Shown here one piece after another: positions 1-9,548 of a DNA stretch of 54,002 bases. The position numbers and the translations under genes are program-made. The notes beneath the pieces were generated by a model. The model saw nothing but the letters and a program-made list of their open reading frames with translations, had not been told where the DNA came from and ran no database searches. The number at the start of each line of letters is the position of its first letter. Within the stretch, counting starts at the first letter, position 1. This DNA comes from a virus (lineage: Duplodnaviria > Caudoviricetes): the IMG/VR virus record IMGVR_UViG_3300018481_000027, positions 1 to 54,002 of that record; one strand, 5' to 3'.

Positions 1-205
1 GGGTGTATAAATTTTACCCCCTCCCCCCTACCTTTTGTTTCCTCTTCTCTCCTTCTCTTTCCGTTCTCTGTGTTGCTGCATCAAAGAACGAACGAGATCG
101 ATTCGTTGTTTCATACGATGTCGAGCCCGCTGGTCTGGTGACCAAACAGATCTGTTGAGTTGAGGAAACCTTCTTCTGTGCTTCCTTGACTTACCGATTT
201 AGAAC

Positions 206-499
206 CTATCCTTCAGGTTGAGCTTGAGCAGAAAGCGCTTGTACTTCTCCTTGTTGAACCTTGCGATGAACACCACTAACGTTCTCTCGCACGATCTCGT
301 CTATGGCTTGCTGGATTGCGAAGCTTTGATCAGCTTCAGAGAGGTTGGTGGAGGTGCGTGCCACCCTTGCCAGGAGGCCGGGGGTGTTGTAACCAGCATT
401 CAGATCCCAGGCAAACCACTCATCCCACTGTGTCCATGGGTCGAATGGATTGTCCATCGTCGTCAGCATGTGCTCAGCACGTCCTTCGGTATCAGTCAC
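206..499 (-). CDS. conserved phage hypothetical protein, last gene of the RNAP operon
   Basis: 97-aa ORF coupled to the stop of 499..3387; LTTMDNPFDPWTQWDEW motif. Confidence 0.8.
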   Translation of the reverse strand: MTDTEGRAEHMLTTMDNPFDPWTQWDEWFAWDLNAGYNTPGLLARVARTSTNLSEADQSFAIQQAIDEIVRENVSGVHRKVQQGEVQALSAQAQPEG

Positions 500-3387
500 T
501 ATCCACCTCCATCTGCGATACCTGACATCAAGGTGGACACCGCAATGCCCAAGGCCCTTGACACCTCAGAGGGAGTAGCACCCGATGCCAACATCTGCTT
601 GGCACGTGCTGTTGCAACAGGAGTCATCACTGGATTGACTCGAGGCGTAGCCCGCTCACGGATCACGTCCAGATCAGAGTTCTTGAGAATCCTCTCCAAC
701 ATGTGATTGGAGATAGCCCCGTTCTGGATAGCGTCCCATTCCTTGTCGGTGATGGGGGAGTCCTTAGATCCAAGACGTACCTTGCCTGCACCTGTACGCA
801 GTCGAGCTTCGTTCAGTGCTTGACCCTTGATCTTCCTCTCTTCATCCTTCTCCATGCCAGGATTGGCACGCTTACGATCCGCCACTATGCGTCGGGCTAC
901 CGCCTGGGCCTGCCTCTCTAGGGGGGCATTCTTCTCAGCACGAAGCAACTTCGCTGACAGCGAATCAACCTCATGCTTGTACACCTTGTTGGCTGAAGGT
1001 GAGTAGGGCACGGGCTTGACGCTAATCAGTTCCCTACGTGTCTCGTTGGCCAAGGCCTTGAGTCGGTTGGAATGATCAGCATAGATCTGCTCCATACGTG
1101 TACCTCTACCAGGTGTAGAGACCAACGTATAGGCATCGTCCGTTTCAGCCAGCTTCTGAGAACGGAACGTAGCGTCCTTACCGTCTTTCCTCTTCTCACC
1201 CGTAGGGTCCCAGAGCTTCTTACCAGTACGGTTGTCTACCGTACCAGAAGAGATTCGAGTACGTCCAGGACCAGCGGCCTTAGCCTTCCTCTTCTTGGGA
1301 TGTGTCTGTGCCGTAGCACGGGTGATGAGAGTAGCCGCACCACGGGCTTGCCCAGTCTTCGGGTTCACCCCTTGATACGTCTTCTTCAGATCCAAGATTC
1401 CGTTAGCGCGTTCAGACGCCTTGAAATCAAGGTTGTGCTTCTCAGAATCAATGACCACCATAGAGTGCTTTACCGCACGAGCAAGCTCGTCGTTTGAGGC
1501 ACCCCTGATTGTCATGTCTGAGATGAGGTTTGTTACGTTCCCCATCTCATTCTGTTTTCTGACCTTGTTGGGGTTCTTCGGGTTTCCCTTGGAATCCACC
1601 CCGTAATCGACAGACCTGGACTTGGCGTTGTAGACGCCCCCATCGATCGTACGCATCCCGTCATAGGGACCGTAGTCAGCTTGCGGATCGAAGCCTTTCA
1701 GCTTTTCGAGTGCCGGGGTATGAGTGATCTGTCCCTTGTTGTTCGGAATGACCACCACATGGTCACCATCAAAGTCGGCGCCCGACAACCTCTCGGCTAC
1801 CTTGGGATGGATGGCCACGGCATCCGGGACTTCGCTATCCCGGAACATCTTCTTGGCCTCACGCGACCGGTTGTTGACGACCAGTTCCGGAATCTCGAAC
1901 TTTCCGGCATGCGGGAAGCGTACGAGAGCCACTCGTTCGCCGTTCTCGAACGTAGGCGCGTAGATTTCGTTTGGCTTGACGTGATTCGACGGAAGAATCA
2001 CCTTGGTTGCCTGATTCGGCATATTGACCGCTTTGAGATGCACGGCCGCCGCATCAGTTTCTTCCGCAAACGTTTCGAGAAGCTTCCTCTTGATCTGCGG
2101 GTTGGTGAGACTTCTGATCTGCTCGAGCTCTTCACGACGACGCTCATAAGTCAGATTCAGCTGTGTTTCAGCCAATTCTGGCTTCTGCTTGGAAAGCACT
2201 TGGCTGGACAGAGTTCGCGACCACTTGTCCCAGTCGCCTTCTTCGTTGATAAGATTCATCGCCGAAGAAACCTTGCCCTTGCTGTTCAGGATCTGACCGC
2301 CATCCTTGATCACAGCACCAAACGGATTACCCTTATCGACCTCTCCCGTTTCCGGATCCACTTTGAGCGGCTTCATCGCCTCGAGCTTGTTACCCGTACT
2401 CGACTTGTTGGTGTTGAACTGCAGGTCCACACCGTCAGGGAGATCGTCCTTATAGACGGCCATACCCTTGAGGTAGTGTGTCCCATTCACCGCGATTCGA
2501 ACCTGGGCGTAGCGAGACTTACCGAGAGAGACATCCGGAACGCCGGGACGCACATAGATCACGCCGTCAGCGTCAGCTCCACCGTCTTCCTTATAGCGAA
2601 TAGCCACTCGCTTAGCGGAAATGTTCAACGGCGGCTGGATGCCAAGGTCTCCTCTGAAAGTCCGGCCGTTGTCATCGGACTTCTCCGAGATCAGGCGGAT
2701 TTCGTTACGCTGAGCCCAAGCTTGTTTCTGGGTAACGCCGGGAGGGACGAGGACCTTGTACTTCGTCATCTCGCCCGTACCGACTTGCGGAGCGTTGAAG
2801 GTATGAACTCGATAGCCCTCTTCCTTGAGCATGGAGAGAGCGGTAGCGAACTTGTCGTCGCTGATCCCGATTCTCGTGGCCGGATTGTCACCAATCGGCA
2901 GATCGAGATTGACCTTGGAACCAACGTCAATGATGCCCTTCTCATCGACTTGACGCTTGAGCATGTCTGCCGTTTGCTGGAGAATATCCAACTTCTCCTG
3001 ACGACCCGGCTCCAGAAGCGAACGAACAGTGGACTCGTTGATGTCCATCTGCCTTGCAATCGCAGATGCACCCATGCCCTTATCCCGCAACTTCTGAGCA
3101 GTACGAATCTGTTCGATCTTCGTTTCCGTAACCGCACGAGACTTCAGAGCCCGAAGATCAGCGACGGTCATCTGCTGATCCTTGATGATGTTCCCGTCCT
3201 TGTCAACGGGAGAATATGCCTTGGCGATCTGGGAATCCGACATCTTGTCGATCTTCCTGTGCTGCTCGATGGTCTCCAGGAAAGTCTTCGATCGCTGCAG
3301 AGGATTCTTTCCCGATCCCCACGGATAACGTCCTGACTTACGGAGGATACCGTAATGAGCCAGGTATTCCTCTTCTTGCATGCGCAC
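499..3387 (-). CDS. putative single-subunit two-barrel RNA polymerase (YonO/RdRP-like) with HTH domains
   Basis: SGADFDGD (DFDGD at nt 1762-1776, about aa 538-542), upstream RFP (about aa 490), YAQVR...YLKGM (about aa 295-308), MGNVTN and HSMVVIDSEK; HTH-like segments GMGASAIARQMDINESTVRSLL and GATPSEVSRALGIAVSTL. Confidence 0.8.
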   Translation of the reverse strand: MRMQEEEYLAHYGILRKSGRYPWGSGKNPLQRSKTFLETIEQHRKIDKMSDSQIAKAYSPVDKDGNIIKDQQMTVADLRALKSRAVTETKIEQIRTAQKLRDKGMGASAIARQMDINESTVRSLLEPGRQEKLDILQQTADMLKRQVDEKGIIDVGSKVNLDLPIGDNPATRIGISDDKFATALSMLKEEGYRVHTFNAPQVGTGEMTKYKVLVPPGVTQKQAWAQRNEIRLISEKSDDNGRTFRGDLGIQPPLNISAKRVAIRYKEDGGADADGVIYVRPGVPDVSLGKSRYAQVRIAVNGTHYLKGMAVYKDDLPDGVDLQFNTNKSSTGNKLEAMKPLKVDPETGEVDKGNPFGAVIKDGGQILNSKGKVSSAMNLINEEGDWDKWSRTLSSQVLSKQKPELAETQLNLTYERRREELEQIRSLTNPQIKRKLLETFAEETDAAAVHLKAVNMPNQATKVILPSNHVKPNEIYAPTFENGERVALVRFPHAGKFEIPELVVNNRSREAKKMFRDSEVPDAVAIHPKVAERLSGADFDGDHVVVIPNNKGQITHTPALEKLKGFDPQADYGPYDGMRTIDGGVYNAKSRSVDYGVDSKGNPKNPNKVRKQNEMGNVTNLISDMTIRGASNDELARAVKHSMVVIDSEKHNLDFKASERANGILDLKKTYQGVNPKTGQARGAATLITRATAQTHPKKRKAKAAGPGRTRISSGTVDNRTGKKLWDPTGEKRKDGKDATFRSQKLAETDDAYTLVSTPGRGTRMEQIYADHSNRLKALANETRRELISVKPVPYSPSANKVYKHEVDSLSAKLLRAEKNAPLERQAQAVARRIVADRKRANPGMEKDEERKIKGQALNEARLRTGAGKVRLGSKDSPITDKEWDAIQNGAISNHMLERILKNSDLDVIRERATPRVNPVMTPVATARAKQMLASGATPSEVSRALGIAVSTLMSGIADGGG

Positions 3388-3965
3388 TACGACACCTCCT
3401 CTCTCAGGGCATTGAGGACACCATCAAAATGTACGATCTTATCCATGATCCCCTTTATGTAGGCAGGATTGACAGTGTCCAAAGTAACACTACCATCCTT
3501 GTAGATTCGGAGCTCAATGGCTCTGAGGGAAAACGGGTCTATCCCATACTCGAGACAGAACAATGCCGCGTACACATACAGCTGGTACATCGAAACTCGA
3601 GTTACTCCTGTCTTGAGATCGCTGATACGAAGAATCCGATAGCGATAGGCGATGGCGTCTACCGTACCAAAAGCGTTCGGCGAATAGAACAGCACAACCT
3701 CAGGAGACATCTTGTACTGAATGCACTGGTTGATGTATAACCCAACCGTGGTTCGCTCATCGTCTTGGACGATGTTTTCTTCGATACAGATCGCAGCGTA
3801 GCGATGTTGCTCAACACCTTCCAGTGCCGCGCGCAGTGTCTTGTATCGAAACCTCAGTTTCTCTTCGTCGTAGTTGATCCAGTGGTACGAACTAGGACTG
3901 AGGAACGCATGCTGACCCTCGAGATGCGAATGCCTCTTGAAGCGCAGTGAGCACCTCCTCTTCAT
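3387..3965 (-). CDS. PD-(D/E)XK nuclease-like protein (Cas4/DUF2800-like); true start probably near 3947
   Basis: HAFLSPSS, FGTVDAI, ISDLKTG and QLYVYAALF motifs. Confidence 0.7.
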   Translation of the reverse strand: MKRRCSLRFKRHSHLEGQHAFLSPSSYHWINYDEEKLRFRYKTLRAALEGVEQHRYAAICIEENIVQDDERTTVGLYINQCIQYKMSPEVVLFYSPNAFGTVDAIAYRYRILRISDLKTGVTRVSMYQLYVYAALFCLEYGIDPFSLRAIELRIYKDGSVTLDTVNPAYIKGIMDKIVHFDGVLNALREEVS

Positions 3966-4209
3966 TCTCGGGGTAGATGAACGCCGCGAACGACATCTTG
4001 TTCATCAGATCCACGTAGTAGTCCTGGTTGGGACGCTTCTTGGCGGTAGCCGATGCCTTGACGTCCAGCATGGCCCAGAACGGACCCCAGAAGATCGTGA
4101 GGTCGAGAATTCCTTGTCGATAGTTCGGATCGTTCTTGAGGATCTCGCACCCAGGAAACAGCCGCTTCAGCCTACGAATCAACTTTGCCTGGTAAGTCGC
4201 TTCGGTCAC
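3892..4209 (-). CDS. VRR-NUC-like nuclease
   Basis: TEATYQ...GILDL...WAMLDVK...RPNQ...FIYPENEEEV; GTG start after AAAGGGGG. Confidence 0.7.
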   Translation of the reverse strand: MTEATYQAKLIRRLKRLFPGCEILKNDPNYRQGILDLTIFWGPFWAMLDVKASATAKKRPNQDYYVDLMNKMSFAAFIYPENEEEVLTALQEAFASRGSACVPQS

Positions 4210-4230
4210 GAAACCCCCTTTCACTGGTCG

Positions 4231-4269
4231 AAAAAAGAAAAGAGGAGATCGGAATATTACCCTCCTTCT
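4231..4269 (-). ncRNA. promoter-proximal hairpin plus U-tract (tiny RNA or attenuator)
   Basis: AGGAGG...TCTCCT stem followed by CTTTTCTTTTTT directly after the promoter motif at 4270-4295. Confidence 0.45.
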
Positions 4270-4295
4270 ATTATATGGCGCGAATTACATGCGTC
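4270..4295 (-). promoter_or_regulatory. phage promoter motif (variant GACGCA-N14-TATAAT) upstream of the nuclease/RNAP operon
   Basis: minus strand GACGCA TGTAATTCGCGCCA TATAAT. Confidence 0.65.
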
Positions 4296-4522
4296 CCAGT
4301 ATCTGAAAAAAAATAGGCCGTGTTTGGTCCGCTATTAGACGTTTTTTGGCTCTACGCCTCATCATCGTCAGGGTCATACGGCTGCAGAGAGACATGTACG
4401 GTGTCACCTCCTGCGGCTACCGCTTCCTTGAACACAGGAGCCAAGTGCTCTCCCAGAATTCGACGATCCGATTGGGGTAGGCGAAACGAAATATTCACCA
4501 AGATTTCGGGTTCCATAGGCTC

Positions 4523-5026
4523 CTACGCCATCTCGAAGTATTGATAGGTGGGCCAGGTAGGTGTCCGGTTGGCGATGGACAGAACCACCTCGCGCTCCAA
4601 CAACCCATAGCGGCACGCAGCCTCCAATGAGTTCCGGAATCGCTCTCCCTCGGTCACTTCACGCACCGGTTGCGTGATGGGATTCTCGTAACGATCCCCA
4701 TCGAACTGTCGGTTGTAGAGCACGGCGTACCAACGTGGACGCCACATGAGATTCTCGGCATGACAGTTCGACCGATCCCCATCAATCTGCACTGGAGTAT
4801 CGAAGATCTCTGACGGACGGGGTAGGAATGCTCGAGCCACCAACCTGGGTAGCGAGCGAATGCACTGTTGCCAGTCCCGCATGAGTCCCACGTAGGGAAC
4901 TCCGTACTGGTTGTATCGTTGAAGTAGCAACCGCCCGGTTGAGTCTCTCGCCACTTGTCCCAGGGGGTTTATGCTGTAACCGGGGAAGCCCTCGACCGGT
5001 ACCCAAGTATCAGACTCGCCTGACAC
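4523..5026 (-). CDS. NUMOD4/HNH-like protein with a degenerate HNH motif
   Basis: WVPVEGFPGYSINPLGQV (NUMOD4-like), RLVARAFL, QIDGDRSNCHAENLMW. Confidence 0.7.
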   Translation of the reverse strand: MSGESDTWVPVEGFPGYSINPLGQVARDSTGRLLLQRYNQYGVPYVGLMRDWQQCIRSLPRLVARAFLPRPSEIFDTPVQIDGDRSNCHAENLMWRPRWYAVLYNRQFDGDRYENPITQPVREVTEGERFRNSLEAACRYGLLEREVVLSIANRTPTWPTYQYFEMA

Positions 5027-5324
5027 GAATTCCTCCCTCGAATGGTTCTACTACTGATTCTGGAATATGCCCCATCTTCGCCATGGCAATCATCGCTGAC
5101 ATCAGATCGATAGCTGCCTCTCGCGTAGCACATCGACCCACAACATCGTGCGCGATCTTGATGGGTTTCACTCCCGCTTCGATGGCTGAGTTGATTTCCG
5201 TCTTCAGCCGTTCTTCGGCTTTCATGAAGGTTGCGTGAGCTCGAGAAGTGTCTCGACCAAAGTTTGCCAGACGTGAAGCGCTGTACTCAAAATCCGTCAC
5301 ACCGCCTCCTTTGTGATTTTCCAT
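5010..5324 (-). CDS. hypothetical protein
   Basis: co-oriented ORF, tightly packed with neighbours. Confidence 0.6.
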   Translation of the reverse strand: MENHKGGGVTDFEYSASRLANFGRDTSRAHATFMKAEERLKTEINSAIEAGVKPIKIAHDVVGRCATREAAIDLMSAMIAMAKMGHIPESVVEPFEGGIRVRRV

Positions 5325-5572
5325 CCCTTCTTGGTCAGCGTCTCCACCGCCTCGTCGACATCTAGCACCAACAGAGCTCCTCCGTACCCATCGAGATGAT
5401 TGAGGTTACCTATGTCAAACATCTCCTTGACTAGCTCTGCGACAAAGTCGCGACGGTTCTCCATCAGTCTCCTCTTCTTTGTCGTCTGCTTCGAGGTGTT
5501 TGTCGATGATCTCGTGAATCGGATCGAGTGGGTTCTGCAGAGCGAGATGTACTTCCCAATCCTTGTCGTACA

Positions 5573-5851
5573 TCAGTCATCCGCCAGCAGAGCCTTGAGG
5601 TAGTGCCTTCCGTACTTCGTGAGCGCCCGGTTGTGTGTATCGACCACGATCTCGGCCAACTCCATGGATTCCATCACTCCCACCAGAGGGTCGAACTCGG
5701 ACCGCTTCTCGATGTCGTTGGACACCAGAGCATAAATACCTCGGCCTCGTCTGTCATCCGTACGCCACAAACGCATCTCCGGATCGTTCAAGGGGGCCAT
5801 CGTCTCTCCTATCGTTTGAAGAACAGCGCCCAGATCACTACGCCGAGGCAA
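5573..5851 (-). CDS. hypothetical protein
   Basis: co-oriented ORF. Confidence 0.55.
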   Translation of the reverse strand: MPRRSDLGAVLQTIGETMAPLNDPEMRLWRTDDRRGRGIYALVSNDIEKRSEFDPLVGVMESMELAEIVVDTHNRALTKYGRHYLKALLADD

Positions 5852-6119
5852 ACCAGAGACAAACCCAGGAATATGACTCCGTAGACGTCCTTCCCTTCAA
5901 AATCGAAAAGTATCTCTCCGATCACGCTGGTGCACCTCCTTTCGAATTTCCTTCTCGAGCCCGTCTCCATACTCGCAGAAGCCTCAAGTACTCAAACCGA
6001 GGACGATCCCCGATATGGGGTCCATCATGGCCTTCGGGACCGACTTCACAGTATCTGATTGTCTGTCGACCGAAGACCTTTCCTTTTGAGTTCCAGGGAC
6101 ACGGTTTTTCGGGTGGCAT

Positions 6120-6600
6120 GGACCTCCGATCTTGGCAAATCTTGGCAAATGGGTCGAAAAGGGCCTAAATCGCGTCTCGCCCGAGAGCATAATATCTGAA
6201 AAAACCACGCAATTTGCGAGAAAACCGTTCACCCCGGACAATCCCAGTATCTGCCAAGATTTTTGAGGTAAAAAGTTTTTGTATATTACATTCCCAGTAT
6301 CTGTCCCAATATCTGTCGTTATTACGTATGTATCTATATACTTCTGCGCGCGCGTGCGTAGGTAGAATAGACATATCTAGGCAATATGATTTACCCAAGA
6401 AAACAGATACTGAGAACTTCGGATGAAAAAGTTTTTTGCCCTAAAATCTTGGCATGACATTTAGCCAAGAAAAACCGCGTATTTGCAGGGAGTTTACAAC
6501 TGAGATTTGCCAAAATAAAATCTTGGCAAAATGCTTGGCAAGCCCAAAATGAGCGTTTACGCGCCAACTTTAGGCTCAAAACAGTCCTCCCAGTATCTGA
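6120..6600. repeat. AT-rich region with iteron-like repeats (candidate replication origin)
   Basis: ATCTTGGCA/TGCCAA repeats at about 6129, 6139, 6252, 6446, 6508, 6520, 6534; TCCCAGTATCTG at about 6242, 6292, 6588 and a partial inverted copy near 6404. Confidence 0.6.
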
Positions 6601-6858
6601 TTATCCCCTTTTGACCCCCTTCAACCCCCTGGGCCGTCGCTGCGGACCTCTCATCCTCACCAGCTCCTCCCTATGAAGGGCCGTAACCGTCTCCTGCGAC
6701 CTGACCAGACGGGTCAGATACCCCACCCTGCGGTCCAGCTTCTTCTCGTGGGCGAAGAGGTTCACCGCCCCGATCAGGTGGGTCTCCGCCTCTCTCAGGT
6801 GTTCGGCCAGCTGGTCATCGACTGACAACGCCTTTTTACGCTTTTGTGTCATATCCAT
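6601..6858 (-). CDS. hypothetical protein
   Basis: 85-aa co-oriented ORF. Confidence 0.6.
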   Translation of the reverse strand: MDMTQKRKKALSVDDQLAEHLREAETHLIGAVNLFAHEKKLDRRVGYLTRLVRSQETVTALHREELVRMRGPQRRPRGLKGVKRG

Positions 6859-6928
6859 ACCTTTTCATCAGTTTTCTCTCGGATGGCCTCTAAGGGGCCT
6901 TTACGTGGCTCTCAGAGGGTGTCTAGAC

Positions 6929-7198
6929 CTAGTCTCCCCTTTTCTTCCGCTCTCGGTAGTGCAACATACCCCGAAACAGCTCGGCTTCGATGAATACCTC
7001 GTCGTCTGACTCGTTGGAGTTGGTCAACGCGCGACCCAGAGCGCGACCGAGATCGAAGGCCGTCATTCCCGGCGGAAAACTTCCATGACGGGTGTACTCA
7101 GCCACCGTATCCAATTGATCAGCCGCCCAGTCCCGCTGGGTCATGATCATCCCCTCACCCACAGCGGCTTCACCTTCAAGCAAGCCTTCGGATTCCAT
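6929..7198 (-). CDS. hypothetical protein
   Basis: co-oriented ORF abutting its neighbour. Confidence 0.55.
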   Translation of the reverse strand: MESEGLLEGEAAVGEGMIMTQRDWAADQLDTVAEYTRHGSFPPGMTAFDLGRALGRALTNSNESDDEVFIEAELFRGMLHYRERKKRGD

Positions 7199-7423
7199 CT
7201 ATGTCCCCTTTGCTAGTAGGTGAGCAGACTGTGCCGTTCTGAACCCGGTTTGCCACATATAGGCCGTCTCCCCGTTGAAAAACGAGCAGAAGATCCGGTC
7301 CCAAGCGCCCCAGCGCTCGACCACCCGATAGGTTCCGCCACCCCCTAATGGAAACCGTACGCCGACGAGCTCCTTGGGTACGTTGGTGAACAGAGTGAGC
7401 TGCTCGAATTCATGATCAGGCAT
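7199..7423 (-). CDS. hypothetical protein
   Basis: ORF with RBS just after the helicase. Confidence 0.55.
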   Translation of the reverse strand: MPDHEFEQLTLFTNVPKELVGVRFPLGGGGTYRVVERWGAWDRIFCSFFNGETAYMWQTGFRTAQSAHLLAKGT

Positions 7424-7424
7424 C

Positions 7425-8645
7425 TCACTCCCTTTCGTGTTGGTAGGCGAACTCGTAGAACTCGTCGCCGGTCATGTCGAAATGCTTGGTCTGGAAGCTC
7501 CGCTTCGACTTGAGCGAACGCCAGATGGCCCAGTCGATGGCTGCCTTGGACCGAAGGGCGTAGTAGAAGAGATCGGTGAACGGAGTGTTGATCCGGTCCG
7601 TACGTCCATGACTCTGTTCCCACAGCTTGTACGAATAGGTCAACGACCAGAACACCGTGGTATCCGTGGTGATGCAGTTCCAGCCTTCCGCCCCCGCCAC
7701 GTACTGAACGGCGTAGACCCACTCTTCCGTCTCGGGAATCTCCTCATGCTTGTGCCCATTCCACTCCGCGTAGTTGGTCACGTGCTTCAGCGATCGGAGA
7801 ATTTCCAGCTCGTAGTCGAAGTTGTAGAAGACGATCAACCGTGGATGCTTGGCCATCAGCTTCCGCAACTCTTTCATCCTCGATGGATGAGTGTTGGCCA
7901 CTCGCCGCATCTGCTGGAAGAGATCGGCCACATCGCGGATAGGTTTGTCATCGAACGGATTCCAGCGCCCATGCGATACTCGAGCCATGAGCAGCTCATC
8001 ATGCTCACACCACACGTTGATGGGATGCCGCACGGTTTCCTTGGCGTACGGCATGTGCACCAAAATGGCGTTACGGTGCTTGACCAAGCGGTTGACGTTG
8101 ACGTAGCGCTCGACCTTGAAGTACTTTACGAAGGGGGCCTGGATGACGTGCTCGCCCTTGAACTCAGTCCGGTTTCGGTAGAAGCCGTTGGCTACGAATA
8201 CGGGTATATAGTCTAACCACGTATCGCCGGGTGTCGCCGACAGCATTATCCAGCGGTTCGATTTCGCAATCTTCAGAAACGATTTCGACCACTTCCCAGA
8301 CCCAACCAGTCTCTGTTCGTCGAAGATAAAGAATGCGTTTTTCACCCCCACGTACTTCTCGATGTTGTTCCAGGAATCGACGGTGAGGACACCGTGCAGA
8401 GTAGCTTCTGGATCTCTGCCGATGCCGAACTTGGAGGCTTCCATCTCCCAGTCCAGAGAGTCTCGCTTCTTGGCGGTGGTGATCACGTAAATATCTTCAT
8501 GTTCTTCGGTCAGCGCGTAGAAAGCCAGCCCCACCCGGGTCTTACCTGAGCCCACGCCGCCCCAGAGGATGTTGCCGTCTTCCAGCTTGGCCAGTGCCTT
8601 CTTCTGGTGATCGGCCAGCTCCACCGCCGTGCGAATCTCTCCCAT
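7425..8645 (-). CDS. SF2 (SNF2-like) DNA helicase
   Basis: GGVGSGKT Walker A, FIFDEQ motif II, LSATP motif III, AEGWN motif V, QSHGRTDR motif VI. Confidence 0.9.
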   Translation of the reverse strand: MGEIRTAVELADHQKKALAKLEDGNILWGGVGSGKTRVGLAFYALTEEHEDIYVITTAKKRDSLDWEMEASKFGIGRDPEATLHGVLTVDSWNNIEKYVGVKNAFFIFDEQRLVGSGKWSKSFLKIAKSNRWIMLSATPGDTWLDYIPVFVANGFYRNRTEFKGEHVIQAPFVKYFKVERYVNVNRLVKHRNAILVHMPYAKETVRHPINVWCEHDELLMARVSHGRWNPFDDKPIRDVADLFQQMRRVANTHPSRMKELRKLMAKHPRLIVFYNFDYELEILRSLKHVTNYAEWNGHKHEEIPETEEWVYAVQYVAGAEGWNCITTDTTVFWSLTYSYKLWEQSHGRTDRINTPFTDLFYYALRSKAAIDWAIWRSLKSKRSFQTKHFDMTGDEFYEFAYQHERE

Positions 8646-8821
8646 ACCGTCACCTCCTTTCTAATTATTGATCTTGGGTTCCTCCGTGCGTACAAGGAGA
8701 ATCGAGTAACCGCATGCCTTGCAGCGAATATGTCCTTCGTGAGCCACGATCTGCTCGAAGATGGGAGCTTCCCAACCCCCGCATTCATCACAGAACACGG
8801 TATGGATGGTCATTGACTCCA

Positions 8822-9022
8822 TTATCTATGTACCTCGGGGTCGTAGTAAGCCAGAGGAGTTATCCCCACTACAGCCAGACGATGAATTTCGGCGTTGTAG
8901 TACACACTGACTTCGCCTCGAGCATAAGCCCGCTTAGCCCCCTGGGCTTCTTCCTCGCTCTCCCAAGGTCCCCGTACCTCAACTTCTTCGGTCTCGGGGT
9001 TGAATATCACCAGGACCCACAT
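8822..9022 (-). CDS. hypothetical protein
   Basis: small co-oriented ORF with RBS. Confidence 0.55.
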   Translation of the reverse strand: MWVLVIFNPETEEVEVRGPWESEEEAQGAKRAYARGEVSVYYNAEIHRLAVVGITPLAYYDPEVHR

Positions 9023-9037
9023 TACCTCGCCTCCTTG

Positions 9038-9262
9038 CTAGGTGTTGGACATCTCCAAAGTAGCTTCCCGGTCTTCTTCGTCCTTGATCCGTTTAGCTTC
9101 TTCTCGCTGCGCCTTCTGATACTGCTGGATGAGCTTCTCGACGCGCTGATGGTCTTCCTTCTGAGCCGCGGCGTAGAGCGCCTGGAGTCGACCCAACTTG
9201 TTCAGCGTCCTGTCGATCTCGGTACCGATCTCATCCAGAGTTGCGTTGCTCACGTCGAACAT
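9038..9262 (-). CDS. hypothetical coiled-coil protein
   Basis: co-oriented ORF. Confidence 0.6.
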   Translation of the reverse strand: MFDVSNATLDEIGTEIDRTLNKLGRLQALYAAAQKEDHQRVEKLIQQYQKAQREEAKRIKDEEDREATLEMSNT

Positions 9263-9536
9263 TCTCGAGGACTTCCGGTTGATCGATGGGTGGCCATACC
9301 GTCCCTTCCGCTACGGGATGTTCTGCCGCGCTACCAGTGTCTAGCCCCGCCTTCTCCAGCGCTGCCTTCGGAGCCCGTACAATCCAGGCTCCGCCCACCT
9401 CGGGACCGAAGTGCATGGCACTGAATCCCTCAAGATCCGGCCACAGCAACTCCAAGCGAGCCCCGTGCATCGCTGCCCTATTCGGCAGCATGTCCGGAAA
9501 AATCCACACCGGACCGAAGGGAGTCTCTTGTCTCAC
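9231..9536 (-). CDS. hypothetical protein
   Basis: co-oriented ORF with RBS. Confidence 0.5.
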   Translation of the reverse strand: MRQETPFGPVWIFPDMLPNRAAMHGARLELLWPDLEGFSAMHFGPEVGGAWIVRAPKAALEKAGLDTGSAAEHPVAEGTVWPPIDQPEVLENVRREQRNSG

Positions 9537-9548
9537 GTCACCACCTTT

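Noticed and set aside
1681-3336. Long plus-strand ORFs (551 aa here; also 28614..29771, 44303..45454, 45225..46409, 51755..52693)
   Set aside because: Antisense shadows of real high-GC minus-strand genes, with no motifs or RBS
3387-3965. CRISPR-associated Cas4
   Set aside because: PD-(D/E)XK motifs only, no Fe-S cysteine cluster and no CRISPR context
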